A stretch of DNA of 64,000 bases from a virus, in the IMG/VR virus record IMGVR_UViG_3300036785_000488, positions 21,072 to 85,071 of that record. The stretch is one strand, 5' to 3'. Under the pieces are notes generated by a model that did no database searches, had not been told where the DNA came from, and saw only the letters and a list, made by a program, of their open reading frames with translations. A program made the translations under genes and the position numbers. Shown piece by piece: positions 54,630 to 63,726 of this stretch. Positions within the stretch are counted from its first letter, which is position 1; every line of letters begins with the position of its first letter.

Positions 54630-56165
54630 CTATTCAGAATCACTCACCAGGCGCGAGGTATAGATGTTGTCCACGTATCCCGTGGCACCAAGGAGGATGG
54701 GGTCCAGCCCAATAACTGCGAGTATCTGATCCTCCAGGGAGGGAACCGTTGGAGCTTCATAGCTCTCCACCAACATGAGCGACGATGCTGTCAGGTGGAC
54801 CCGTGGTGGAGTAGATAGAGAGGCAGTAACAACCAGGCGACCATTGGCCGAAAGGGCGACTCGCGCCAGCACGGTATGCGCCCCCGCCATCACCCTCATC
54901 GAGGCGGATGCCACCATGTGAATGACTGGCGGCGGATGTGTCACAGCAGCAACGACGAGACCCGTCTGGGGAGCCATCTGGACCACACCGGATACCGGGA
55001 CGTATGTCGAGATATTGGTGACGGTCAGGCGAGCCGTTGGAGCGAAGGGAGAAACAACAGCGTTGTGCGTCGCCACCGACGACACCGTCATCCCGGCATG
55101 GGCAGCCATGGAGACCTGGCCGGTCACCTGAGGTGCAACGTGGAGAGCAGCCCTGGGAGCCAAGGTGAACGTGGCGATAATGCTCACTGGAGCAGCATCC
55201 ACACGCATGTAGGCGAAAGCCTGGTGCCTGATGATCACGGCAACCGACGGGACCACCATCATCGAGGTTGTTCCGGCGAGAGCAACCTGACCGACCAACG
55301 TGGTCCTGCCTGTCACCATGAGAGTGGTCGTCGGCTTCAGTACTACGGCACCGCGCTGTGTTACCTGTGTAGCTACCGCCAACGCAGCCGTCGCTGTCGG
55401 ATGGACAGTGACGACCTGAGTGGTCTTGCCACTGACGGTCAGCTTGGCCGTGCCCGTCATGACCGTTCCAATGCCGCCTTGAATCAAGAAGGCTGTCACC
55501 GACATAGACGCAGTGGGAGCGAGAGTGACAGGAGTGCCAAATACGGTGCGTAGAACAGCGACGGCCAGCGAGGTACTACTGGCGAACGTGACGGTGGCGA
55601 CTTCGGTGTTCGACCCACTCGCTGTCATCCCAGCCGTGGCTGACTGGATGACTCCTGAGACCTGCTGCACACCCCCAGTAAGAGTCGCCCCCGCCGTAGC
55701 GGACATCGGGACTACCCCGAGGGGACCCGGCGCTCCAGCCACTGCCATGGCGGCACCAGCGGCGAAACTGACCGACCCGGTATAGATGAGGCCGCCGATT
55801 GGAAGGAGTGAGCCAGCAGCAATCATGGACACCGACGAGGCGACGGTGCCCAAGGTCGTGACAATCATGGATGCGGTGGCATGCAAGCTCACACTGGAGA
55901 GTTGGGTGACCTTGGCGGTGGTAGTGAGAGCCGCGGTGGCGGCTTGGTTGACCGCGGCGAGTTCGGTCACCGCAGGCGACACGTTCAGTGCCGCTCCACC
56001 AGCGAGGGTGACGAAGGAAAGCTGCTTGACCGTGGCAGCTACGACCAGGCCACCGGTCGCCACATGATTGACGTTCCCGGCCTGACCGGCGACGTACTTC
56101 CAGTTGTACAACTTGTTGTAAAGACGTATCGGTGTGGTCCCGGCGGCGGGCGAAATATCAGTCAT
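54630..56165 (-). CDS. Ala/Val/Thr-rich repeat structural protein
   Basis: About 22-aa repeats of V.[LM].[AG]T[AS].[LM].V. Confidence 0.7.
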   Translation of the reverse strand: MTDISPAAGTTPIRLYNKLYNWKYVAGQAGNVNHVATGGLVVAATVKQLSFVTLAGGAALNVSPAVTELAAVNQAATAALTTTAKVTQLSSVSLHATASMIVTTLGTVASSVSMIAAGSLLPIGGLIYTGSVSFAAGAAMAVAGAPGPLGVVPMSATAGATLTGGVQQVSGVIQSATAGMTASGSNTEVATVTFASSTSLAVAVLRTVFGTPVTLAPTASMSVTAFLIQGGIGTVMTGTAKLTVSGKTTQVVTVHPTATAALAVATQVTQRGAVVLKPTTTLMVTGRTTLVGQVALAGTTSMMVVPSVAVIIRHQAFAYMRVDAAPVSIIATFTLAPRAALHVAPQVTGQVSMAAHAGMTVSSVATHNAVVSPFAPTARLTVTNISTYVPVSGVVQMAPQTGLVVAAVTHPPPVIHMVASASMRVMAGAHTVLARVALSANGRLVVTASLSTPPRVHLTASSLMLVESYEAPTVPSLEDQILAVIGLDPILLGATGYVDNIYTSRLVSDSE

Positions 56166-56168
56166 GGC

Positions 56169-56603
56169 TCACGCCCCCAGAGCAATCAGATTGACCCGCA
56201 TCTGAGCGTTCTGAACGGCGGTCCCTCCATGCCAAATCATCACGCCGACCTGCGTGAGTGAGCACTGACCCTGCTGGAGCGTAAGTCCAAGCTGGTTGTA
56301 AGGCGTGGCATCAGCCATCATCGCCATTGCGACGTACCCGGTACTGAACATATTGGACGGGAGAGTCAAGGCAATGGTCGCAAACACCGTGCTGGTGGCG
56401 ACATAAGTCTGTGCGAATAGTTTGAGCGTCGTTCCCGCTGTCGGTGTCGTTCCTACCTTGACCGAGGCATAGCGTCCGAACGGATCGTCGGTCGGCACCG
56501 TACCGGACGGACCCTGAGGTCCCGTCGATCCCGGCGGTCCTGGTGCCCCAGAAATGGGCACGTACGCCCCCTGGGCAACATCCCAGTACTTCAGAATGGG
56601 CAT
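56169..56603 (-). CDS. LKYWD family member 2
   Basis: MPILKYWDVAQGAYV, G-X-Y, ends ..LIALGA. Confidence 0.7.
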   Translation of the reverse strand: MPILKYWDVAQGAYVPISGAPGPPGSTGPQGPSGTVPTDDPFGRYASVKVGTTPTAGTTLKLFAQTYVATSTVFATIALTLPSNMFSTGYVAMAMMADATPYNQLGLTLQQGQCSLTQVGVMIWHGGTAVQNAQMRVNLIALGA

Positions 56604-56604
56604 C

Positions 56605-57045
56605 TCACGCCCCCACAACCCAGAGCATGAAATGAACCGCCGTCGTGATAGCCCCACCGGACCCGTTAAAGGCGTAGACCGTCAACTGGGTAGGAGAACT
56701 CCCGGTCTCAACAGCCGTGAACCCGGTCGCAGTTCCTCCGGGAAGGATCGCTCCCGTGAGGACAGGAATGTAACCGTACTGGAACGTCCAACCGTAGGTG
56801 GAGAAGGTAATGATGAACTTCCCAGTCGAGTCCGGGGTCGCAGTACCGTGCGTGAAGCAGAACTTGATGCGGGTCCCAGCGGGAGGCATCGCTCCCGTAA
56901 AGACATTCTGTAACGCTGGATTGATCGTGTCGACCGGGAACAATCCTAAGGCACCTTGTGTGCCGACAGGACCCTGGGCACCCTGAATAGCTGGAGCCTG
57001 TATGTATGCCCCTTGCACCTTGTCCCAGTACCGAAGCGTCGGCAT
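56605..57045 (-). CDS. LKYWD family member 3
   Basis: MPTLRYWDKVQGAYI, G-X-Y, ends ..LWVVGA. Confidence 0.7.
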   Translation of the reverse strand: MPTLRYWDKVQGAYIQAPAIQGAQGPVGTQGALGLFPVDTINPALQNVFTGAMPPAGTRIKFCFTHGTATPDSTGKFIITFSTYGWTFQYGYIPVLTGAILPGGTATGFTAVETGSSPTQLTVYAFNGSGGAITTAVHFMLWVVGA

Positions 57046-57476
57046 CAGGCCCCCACCAGCAAATAATCAAACCGCACAGTCCCACTCGTGACCCATGCAC
57101 TGGCGTAAAAAGCCCAAACGATAAGTGTGGTGAGGGTGCTGTTGTAGTCGACTGAACAGCCGGTGTTGTTACCGCCAGCAGTAGTGCTATCCCCAACAAC
57201 CACCATCGCAACGTATCCATACTGGAATCCGGCAGCGGTGATGTCGATTGAGTTTTGCGCTGTACTGGGGGCAGTCACCGTGATCGAACCACACCACGTC
57301 TTGAGCTTCGTTCCTACGGGTGGTGCCGCACCGATCCAACCCCCACCGGGAACGACTTGGACTGAGTCAGTGGGCGACAGTCCCTGCGACCCTTGCGGAC
57401 CCGGCGGTCCCTGCGCTCCCGTGTAGAAGGACAGATACGCCCCCTGTGCAACGTCCCAGTACTTCAGTACAGCCAT
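57045..57476 (-). CDS. LKYWD family member 4
   Basis: [18 protein letters not shown], ends ..YLLVGA. Confidence 0.7.
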   Translation of the reverse strand: MAVLKYWDVAQGAYLSFYTGAQGPPGPQGSQGLSPTDSVQVVPGGGWIGAAPPVGTKLKTWCGSITVTAPSTAQNSIDITAAGFQYGYVAMVVVGDSTTAGGNNTGCSVDYNSTLTTLIVWAFYASAWVTSGTVRFDYLLVGA

Positions 57477-57483
57477 GAGGCAT

Positions 57484-58605
57484 TTACCCCGTGCCCAAGT
57501 ACTTGATCGCCAGGAAATTATTGGAGGCGTCGGCAAACGTGGTGGACACCCCTGCGAGAGTACAAATCGCTTGATACAAGATGATGTCTCCAACAGCACA
57601 ACGCTGAACGTCAGTCAGCGTGCAACGAGTACCAACATTCGCCCAGTTGGTCTCCATTGTGCCGCGAGACACAGGAGTGCCGTTCTTCACCAAGTTGGTC
57701 TGAATACTCTGGGGACCAGTGGTGAGGTTCGTAAACGGTGCATAGTTGGATCCAGCAAACAACCAGAGACCAGCTACCGGGATAGTCATCTGCTGCGAAG
57801 TCCGCGCCCACACCCCGTACGGATCATCAAATCCGTCCCAGGGGAAGTTGGTGAACGCCGTGGGGAAGGTGTAAACCGCTCCCCGTTGCAGCCTGACGAA
57901 GAGAGCTTGTATCGCCCTCTTCCAAACACTCCCATTGTTGGATACCCACACCTCGCCCGCCTCGTCAGTGAAGGTGTTGAACCCCGTGGCCGGTGGAGCA
58001 GTCGGTGGGGAGTAGGCCACAGCCGATGGCGTGGGCGTGCTGGTGTCGAGCCAGAGGAGACCCTCTGGGGGCGTGATCGTGGGGGCGGCTGGCGGCGGGG
58101 CGGTCGAGGACACGTCGAGGTACGCCGCCCCCGAAGCCAGGCCACTCGCGACCGTGTTGATCGTCGCCGTGTTCAGGTTCGTCATGCCCGAGGCCACGGT
58201 GATCTGTGCCATGGAGTAGGCGTTCGCTGGCGTGGCCGGAGGAGTCGGACTCGCCGCCGCAGTCCCGGTTACGAAGGTGAATACGAAGTCGTTGTTGCTT
58301 CCAGCATCCAGTTGGTTGTCCCGAACTTGGCAGACGATGAGATCGATCCGACTGTTACTGGCCGGAGCAGCAGCCAGGGGACCGACGACCTCGGCGGCGT
58401 CCCAGCGACACAGTGCAGCACCTTGGCCCGTCGCCAGCGGTACTATCACCGTCCCTGGGGCGACGCTCACGGTCATGGTGTTGTTGACCGCCGTCACGGC
58501 ACCACCGGTCGTACCACCGGTCGGCCAGACCGTGCCGATCAGGGAGCGATCAAGTGTTGCCGTGTAGGTACCAGCCTGTTGCCATAACGGCCCGTACCGT
58601 GTCAT
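57484..58605 (-). CDS. minor tail / fibre protein with C1q-like C-terminus
   Basis: MTVSVAPG, SRIDLIV..VRD, PP.P.NA..[LM]A; GLLWLDTSTPTP module shared with 34515-38921. Confidence 0.75.
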   Translation of the reverse strand: MTRYGPLWQQAGTYTATLDRSLIGTVWPTGGTTGGAVTAVNNTMTVSVAPGTVIVPLATGQGAALCRWDAAEVVGPLAAAPASNSRIDLIVCQVRDNQLDAGSNNDFVFTFVTGTAAASPTPPATPANAYSMAQITVASGMTNLNTATINTVASGLASGAAYLDVSSTAPPPAAPTITPPEGLLWLDTSTPTPSAVAYSPPTAPPATGFNTFTDEAGEVWVSNNGSVWKRAIQALFVRLQRGAVYTFPTAFTNFPWDGFDDPYGVWARTSQQMTIPVAGLWLFAGSNYAPFTNLTTGPQSIQTNLVKNGTPVSRGTMETNWANVGTRCTLTDVQRCAVGDIILYQAICTLAGVSTTFADASNNFLAIKYLGTG

Positions 58606-58609
58606 GGCG

Positions 58610-58993
58610 TTAGCTCAAGGTCTTGGTGTACGACCCCGAGGCGATGGAGAAGGTGTCACCAGCGTTGACGGTCTTGGACGCCGAGAGTGCGCCGAACCAA
58701 CGGCGTACCGGCGTCCCTGCCGAGTCGTACTCGTCCACTCCAGTCACGGTGCAGGCGGGCATGTTGGTGTAGGTGAGCGCCACGTTGGACGAGATCGAGC
58801 CACCAGAGGCAGCAGCGAAGGTGATCGTCTGGCGGGCGTAGCTGCCGCCGGTCACCTCCGTGCCAGCGGCGGTCGCCGTACCAGTAGCGGTCACGAGAGC
58901 CACCTTGATCGGGGCGACCGGGGCGACGTATGCCGCCTGACCCGATGACGCACCCAGCATCGCATTGGCCTCTACGGTTACAAGGTTCGCCAT
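58610..58993 (-). CDS. virion structural protein (fibre-base type)
   Basis: VAL.TA......GTEVTGGSYARQ.ITF, F.AL...KTV..GDTF. Confidence 0.7.
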   Translation of the reverse strand: MANLVTVEANAMLGASSGQAAYVAPVAPIKVALVTATGTATAAGTEVTGGSYARQTITFAAASGGSISSNVALTYTNMPACTVTGVDEYDSAGTPVRRWFGALSASKTVNAGDTFSIASGSYTKTLS

Positions 58994-59319
58994 TACGCCT
59001 CCTCGGACGTGGTAGGAATCTGAAATTCGGGCGTCTCCACCGCCCATGCTTCAAACAGCTCCTGCTTGAGTTCCTCAGGTTCGTTCTGCAAGAAGTTCCT
59101 GAGCGCGTCGTCCTTGCCGACGCCTGCCTCCCCGACTGCCTGCATCGTGGTGGTGCAGATGGGGCAACCGTCCTCAGCACAACAGTCGACGTGCTTGGAG
59201 ACAGAGAGGTCGGTGCCCTCCCCGGTGACGGGGTGAGAAAAGGCGACGTACTGAACGTGACGAGGTGCAGTGTCGGTCTGACCGCACTTGTCGCAGGTTC
59301 TCGTTTCCAGGTCAACCAT
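58993..59319 (-). CDS. Cys/His protein
   Basis: CDKCGQ.D..PRH, H.DCCA..GC.IC. Confidence 0.65.
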   Translation of the reverse strand: MVDLETRTCDKCGQTDTAPRHVQYVAFSHPVTGEGTDLSVSKHVDCCAEDGCPICTTTMQAVGEAGVGKDDALRNFLQNEPEELKQELFEAWAVETPEFQIPTTSEEA

Positions 59320-59858
59320 CAGTGGTACACCAGCTCTCTGCTCTCCAGCCACTCGTAGAGACCCTTGGGGACACGGTACTTACGTCCACGCAGGAACGTG
59401 TAGTTCGTACCGGCCCCGTAGGTCATGTCCTCGACATCGGTGTTGACCCGGATGACCCGCCATTCGTCTTCGACGGTGATCGGTTCCATCCCGAGGTCCA
59501 CCACCTCCAGAGGATTCGGAGCTGGCTCCTGAGCCTGTTGCTGGGTCTGCACCTCGCGGAAGTCCTTCATGGGGTTAGCAGCGACCTGAGGCTGTGACGG
59601 GTCAAGGATCTCATCGTCATCCACCGTGATCGGCGCGTCCTTGATCTGGTCGACCTTTTCCTGGGCGCTCTCGGGCAACTCCTCAAGCTCCCCAGTGATG
59701 GGGTCGAAGATCCCCTCCTGCTCGACCACGATGTCGACCTGGTTGACGAGACCAATCTCTTTCTGACGATCAGCCAATTCCTTGGCCTTTTCGTTGGTCA
59801 GACGCTGACGTTCTCGACCGGTGTGGTCGCCGCGTTGTGGTCCTCCGCGTGCTGGCAT
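59319..59858 (-). CDS. post-capsid (head-associated) protein
   Basis: TGATG-coupled to the capsid gene; IRVN.D.EDMTYG.G..Y.F..G.KY.VP. Confidence 0.65.
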   Translation of the reverse strand: MPARGGPQRGDHTGRERQRLTNEKAKELADRQKEIGLVNQVDIVVEQEGIFDPITGELEELPESAQEKVDQIKDAPITVDDDEILDPSQPQVAANPMKDFREVQTQQQAQEPAPNPLEVVDLGMEPITVEDEWRVIRVNTDVEDMTYGAGTNYTFLRGRKYRVPKGLYEWLESRELVYH

Positions 59859-61099
59859 CAGTTCGTCTGGGCGATGCAAACAGCCTGGTCAGTCACCAAG
59901 CCGAACCCCCATATCGCATACCAGCAGAGGGCGTGCTCACGTCCGAAGTCGAGGACGCCACCGTCACGCAGCTCGACCGGCAACGCGATGGCGTGACCGA
60001 AAGCGTTGTCACCGAGGTACATGGCCCAGTGCACAACCGGCGTACCGGCACCCGCAGGTTGGGTCTGCCGAATCTGCGTGGTCTCGATGTAGACCGTGTC
60101 GTTCAGGCGACCGATCTCTCCGAGCATGAAGTTCCCCGGTGCCGAGTACTTCGTGATTTCAATAAATTCTGGATTATCGCGAAGACGCCGGGACTGGTGC
60201 GGGTCGATGAAGCAGACGTACGTCTCACCGATGCGCGGCACGTTCTTCGTCGCCAACGTCTCGACCGCGTCCTTGGTCACCGACACGCTCATGTAGTACG
60301 TGCCCTTGTTGGTGCCCGTGGTCAGGTCGGTCTGCTGGGTGCCGACGGTACCGGCGTCGTAAGGCGACAGCGGAGTACGTGTCGCAGCCGGAGCCGGGAG
60401 GGCGTAGCCCCACAGCACCGACGAAGCGTTGTAGAGCGTGTCCCGCGCGGAGCCGTCAAGGTACTTCGCCATGTTGCGGCCCAGGAGCCGTGAGGACGAA
60501 GCCATGACGTCGTCAAAGGACGCGTTCAGAAGCAGCTCTGAGACTGCGACTGCGTAGCCCTGCTCTGCCACCGTGATGGCGTACTGGCTGGCGGTGAGCG
60601 CAGCGGTCTGCATACGCACACCTTCGACCAACTGTGTTGCGTCTCCGAGGTTGTTGTCATTCTGTTACCCCACCGGTTTCCCGGTGTGGGGCGGTCATTT
60701 CTGCCGCCCTCTGCATCTTTACCATCGATGCAGATCGGACTGTATCTTCACCTCCCGAGGGAGGGCTTCGCGTGCAGTCTCTACGGACTCGCCGGTTTCC
60801 CGGATTGCCTCGGTATTCCCCTGGTTTTGGGGGGGTTCACCGATACAGCGAAGTGGTGATCCTGCCAGTCACCCGACAGGACGGCCCATCGACCTCATGA
60901 AGTTGATCTGGAGACCTGGCTGGATGCCAAGCTCAGTCTTCTTCACGGCGAACTGCTCGAAACGCAACACCGGCATGCTCTGGAAGAGGATCTCCTTCGA
61001 CCAGATCACCTGGATAGCCGGGGACAACTGGGAGTTGGTCCCTGGATATCCGGTAGGTGAAGCACTCAGAAGGGGAGTGCCGGTGATGCTGGAAGGCAT
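59858..61099 (-). CDS. major capsid protein (N4-gp56 type), spliced: exon 1 61099-60892, exon 2 60657-59858 (335 aa)
   Basis: IWSKEILFQSMP.LRFEQFAVKKTEL...PG..INFMR|YNNLG...L.EG; EQGYAV.VSELL, GEIGRL....IET, DFGR....WY..WG; 208+800 nt = 336 codons. Confidence 0.92.
60658..60891 (-). ncRNA. group I self-splicing intron without ORF (234 nt)
   Basis: Exon ends in U, intron ends in G; P3 CUUCGC/GCGAAG, P4 UCGGU/ACCGA, P7 GACUG/CAGUC; R-like GUAGAGACUG and S-like AAGAUACAGUCC; P2, P8 and P9 hairpins; removal restores the frame. Confidence 0.92.
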
Positions 61100-61157
61100 T
61101 GTGCCTACCTCTCTTTCCTCTCAATAACGGCCTGAGACTTTCCGGCCTCCTTTTCCT

Positions 61158-61955
61158 CTATTGCCTGCGACTCGCTGAAGCCGCCCGCAACAATGCGTCA
61201 CGTTGGTCAGCGTACTCCTCGGGCGTCAGCGCCTTGAGGTCATCTGGCGTCAAGGTACGCGTCTGCGTCGCCGTCTCTGCTGGACCTATCGGAGGGGCGG
61301 TCACGCCGACGGTCGGACGAGACGCACTTACCTGCTGCAAAAATGCTTGCGTGTCGCCCACAATGCTCCCGGATATTTCCTGGAGTTCCTTGATCTTGAC
61401 GTCGATCTCCGCTTCGCTGTTACCGCCGACGAGTCCACGCAACTGCGGAACGATGGTCTCGCCTTCCTCCATCATGCGCTGGGCGAGATAGCTCTGGAGA
61501 CCAGCATGACGGCGCTCCTGCTCAAGCAGTGCGAGTGCCTTCTCCCGGTCCTGGTGCTCCTGCTCCAGCTTGGCTTCCCATTCCTGGTCCTTCTTCGCGA
61601 TTAAATCGCGCAGCTCCATCTCGTCTTCCTGCTTCTTTTTTTCAGCCTTCTCAAGCTCCCGCTGCGCCTTGGCTTCCGCCTTCTGCCGTTCCTCGTCCTG
61701 CTGGCGGAACCGGGCGAGTTCGGCGTTGGCCTCATCGATCTGGGTGGAGAGGGTGCTGAACCGGGCACGCTCTTCCTGGCGAACCTTCTCGATGTCCTCG
61801 GTGCTGAAGGTCTGAGGGTCGGTACCACTGCGGGGCTGACGCGGTGGTTGGGCCGGTGGGGCCGGTTCCTGTACCTCGACCGTGATGTTGTTCGGGTCAT
61901 TCGGATCCGGCGGCGGTGCTGCCTCTGGGTCCTGCTGTGTCGATGTGTCTGCCAT
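61158..61955 (-). CDS. capsid scaffolding protein
   Basis: Between portal and capsid; FSTEDIEKVRQEE, long coiled coil, C-terminal LKALTPEEYADQR..LL. Confidence 0.85.
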   Translation of the reverse strand: MADTSTQQDPEAAPPPDPNDPNNITVEVQEPAPPAQPPRQPRSGTDPQTFSTEDIEKVRQEERARFSTLSTQIDEANAELARFRQQDEERQKAEAKAQRELEKAEKKKQEDEMELRDLIAKKDQEWEAKLEQEHQDREKALALLEQERRHAGLQSYLAQRMMEEGETIVPQLRGLVGGNSEAEIDVKIKELQEISGSIVGDTQAFLQQVSASRPTVGVTAPPIGPAETATQTRTLTPDDLKALTPEEYADQRDALLRAASASRRQ

Positions 61956-61965
61956 GCCTGCCTTT

Positions 61966-63726
61966 CTACTCATCCTCTTCTGGGACTCGACGCTGGGGCA
62001 GCACAGCCCCGTGAGCGAGAGCAACGATGCGGCTCTGCATCTTCTTCACATCGTCGGAATCGGTCAGATCGATGCCGGGGAGCACGCCGAGCTTGGGCAC
62101 AGCTCCTGGGCCACTCGTCACACCCTGACCACCGGCAGACTTGACGCCACCACCGTTGCCCTTGCTTCCATTACCGTCGCCGCCCTGGGGCGGTGGCGGG
62201 TTCGGCACTGGGCCGTCGGGCGGGATCATGCCGGTCATGTTCACGGTGAAGCTCGCCGCCTGGGACTTGAGGAACTCCAGGGCGGCTTGCTGTTCAGTGT
62301 CATCGACCAGTTCGTGGAACAGCTCTTGGAGCTTCTCGTCGGGCTGCTCCTCGCCCAGCTCCATCAGCGCACCACGCTTGGACTCCAGGCCGAGGGCCAT
62401 CTTCACTTGCAGCTCGTTGAGCTTGACGAGTTGGTCGACAGGCAGCGGCGGCTGGAAATGGACCGTGTTCTCGTAGGTGATGTGGTCCATCGGGTCCAGC
62501 ATCGGCATCTGGTCGTCTTGGAGCGGCGGGTCGATCAGATCGTTGTACGTCAGCATCTCTGGCTCTTTCATGAAGAGCGTCTTGAGCGCCAACTTGTTGA
62601 CAGCGGCGAATCCCTCGCCGTACTGAGTGGCCTTGAGGTGGAACCGGTTCATCAACGGCTGGTACTGAATCGCCAAGGCGACACCGCTGGTATTGGAGAT
62701 CGCCTGCTCCTCACCGAGGGCCGTGACGGGCACGCCAGTCATCTCATGCATGGCCCTCTTCACGACCTCCAGGTACTTGATCGACATCTCGATCCCCTGG
62801 GGGTCGAAGAGAAGGTTGGAGATCTTGGCCTCCTTGTTGGGCACGCTCCAGGTCTGGTGCGTGCCCTTCTCCAGGTTGGCCGCACGCGCTCCGATGATCA
62901 CCGTCACCGGGGCGGCGTGGTAGTTGATGATGTCGCTGATGTCGGTGGCCTTCTCGTTGTACTCCCGGTTAAGGACAGTGATGTCCTGGATGTCAGGCAT
63001 GCCCCAGGGCGACGACGGGATCGGCAGGTTGGAGATGTGGACGATGGGGATCTCGCCCAGTGGGTTCTGCCTGGAGTCGATCAGTTCGTCGTTGACGTAC
63101 TCCTCGATCACGCTCTCGGTGAGCAACTCGGTGTACGTGAAAACTTGGCGGGTCCCCTCTTGAGTTGTCCCCCAGAAGCGGTACTTGAGTTTGAAGCGAA
63201 TTAGGCGATTTCGGTCGTGGGGATGCCACTCCGGGAAGCAGTACGCGGAGTTCAGAGGAAGGATGCGGACCTTCCCCGGATGTGGCATCCCTGACGGATC
63301 AGTCCACGGCTCCTCATAGGCCACTTTGATGAAGCAGTCCCCCGTGACCGATCCCATTGCACCGCACTCCCACAGCAGAGAGTCCTTCTTGTTGTCGATC
63401 TCCCAGATGCGCTGGAGCCGGGTAGGAACAATGGCACCCGTCGCGTCGGGGGAGCGGAAGCCGACGCCCTTGCCGAACACGAAGTTGGTGGTGAAGTCAG
63501 ACAGCGCGCGCGTGTAGTTGAACGTGAGCTGCGGGTCACCGAGGTCGGGGCGCTGCGCCCAGTGGTAGCCCAAGTAGAAAGCCCAGTTCATTGCGTATCT
63601 GTTCAAACGCGGCCCGTGTACCTCAAATTCTTCGTCGGCAAGCTCGACCAGCCCCAGCGGACTGATCTGGATAGTGAGGTCTGAGCTAGCGGCTCTATAG
63701 CTGGGCGACTGAAACTGGATTGCCAT
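61966..63726 (-). CDS. portal protein (SPP1 gp6-like)
   Basis: WAFYLG.HW, FNY, G.VTGD.F.KV, NPLG.IP.VHI.N....SPWG..D, SNTSGVAL..QY.PL. Confidence 0.92.
   Translation of the reverse strand: MAIQFQSPSYRAASSDLTIQISPLGLVELADEEFEVHGPRLNRYAMNWAFYLGYHWAQRPDLGDPQLTFNYTRALSDFTTNFVFGKGVGFRSPDATGAIVPTRLQRIWEIDNKKDSLLWECGAMGSVTGDCFIKVAYEEPWTDPSGMPHPGKVRILPLNSAYCFPEWHPHDRNRLIRFKLKYRFWGTTQEGTRQVFTYTELLTESVIEEYVNDELIDSRQNPLGEIPIVHISNLPIPSSPWGMPDIQDITVLNREYNEKATDISDIINYHAAPVTVIIGARAANLEKGTHQTWSVPNKEAKISNLLFDPQGIEMSIKYLEVVKRAMHEMTGVPVTALGEEQAISNTSGVALAIQYQPLMNRFHLKATQYGEGFAAVNKLALKTLFMKEPEMLTYNDLIDPPLQDDQMPMLDPMDHITYENTVHFQPPLPVDQLVKLNELQVKMALGLESKRGALMELGEEQPDEKLQELFHELVDDTEQQAALEFLKSQAASFTVNMTGMIPPDGPVPNPPPPQGGDGNGSKGNGGGVKSAGGQGVTSGPGAVPKLGVLPGIDLTDSDDVKKMQSRIVALAHGAVLPQRRVPEEDE

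Noticed and set aside
56169-57476. Diversity-generating retroelement or shufflon acting on the tip modules
   Set aside because: No reverse transcriptase, no adenine-specific template/variable pair, and all copies share one orientation without inversion sites.
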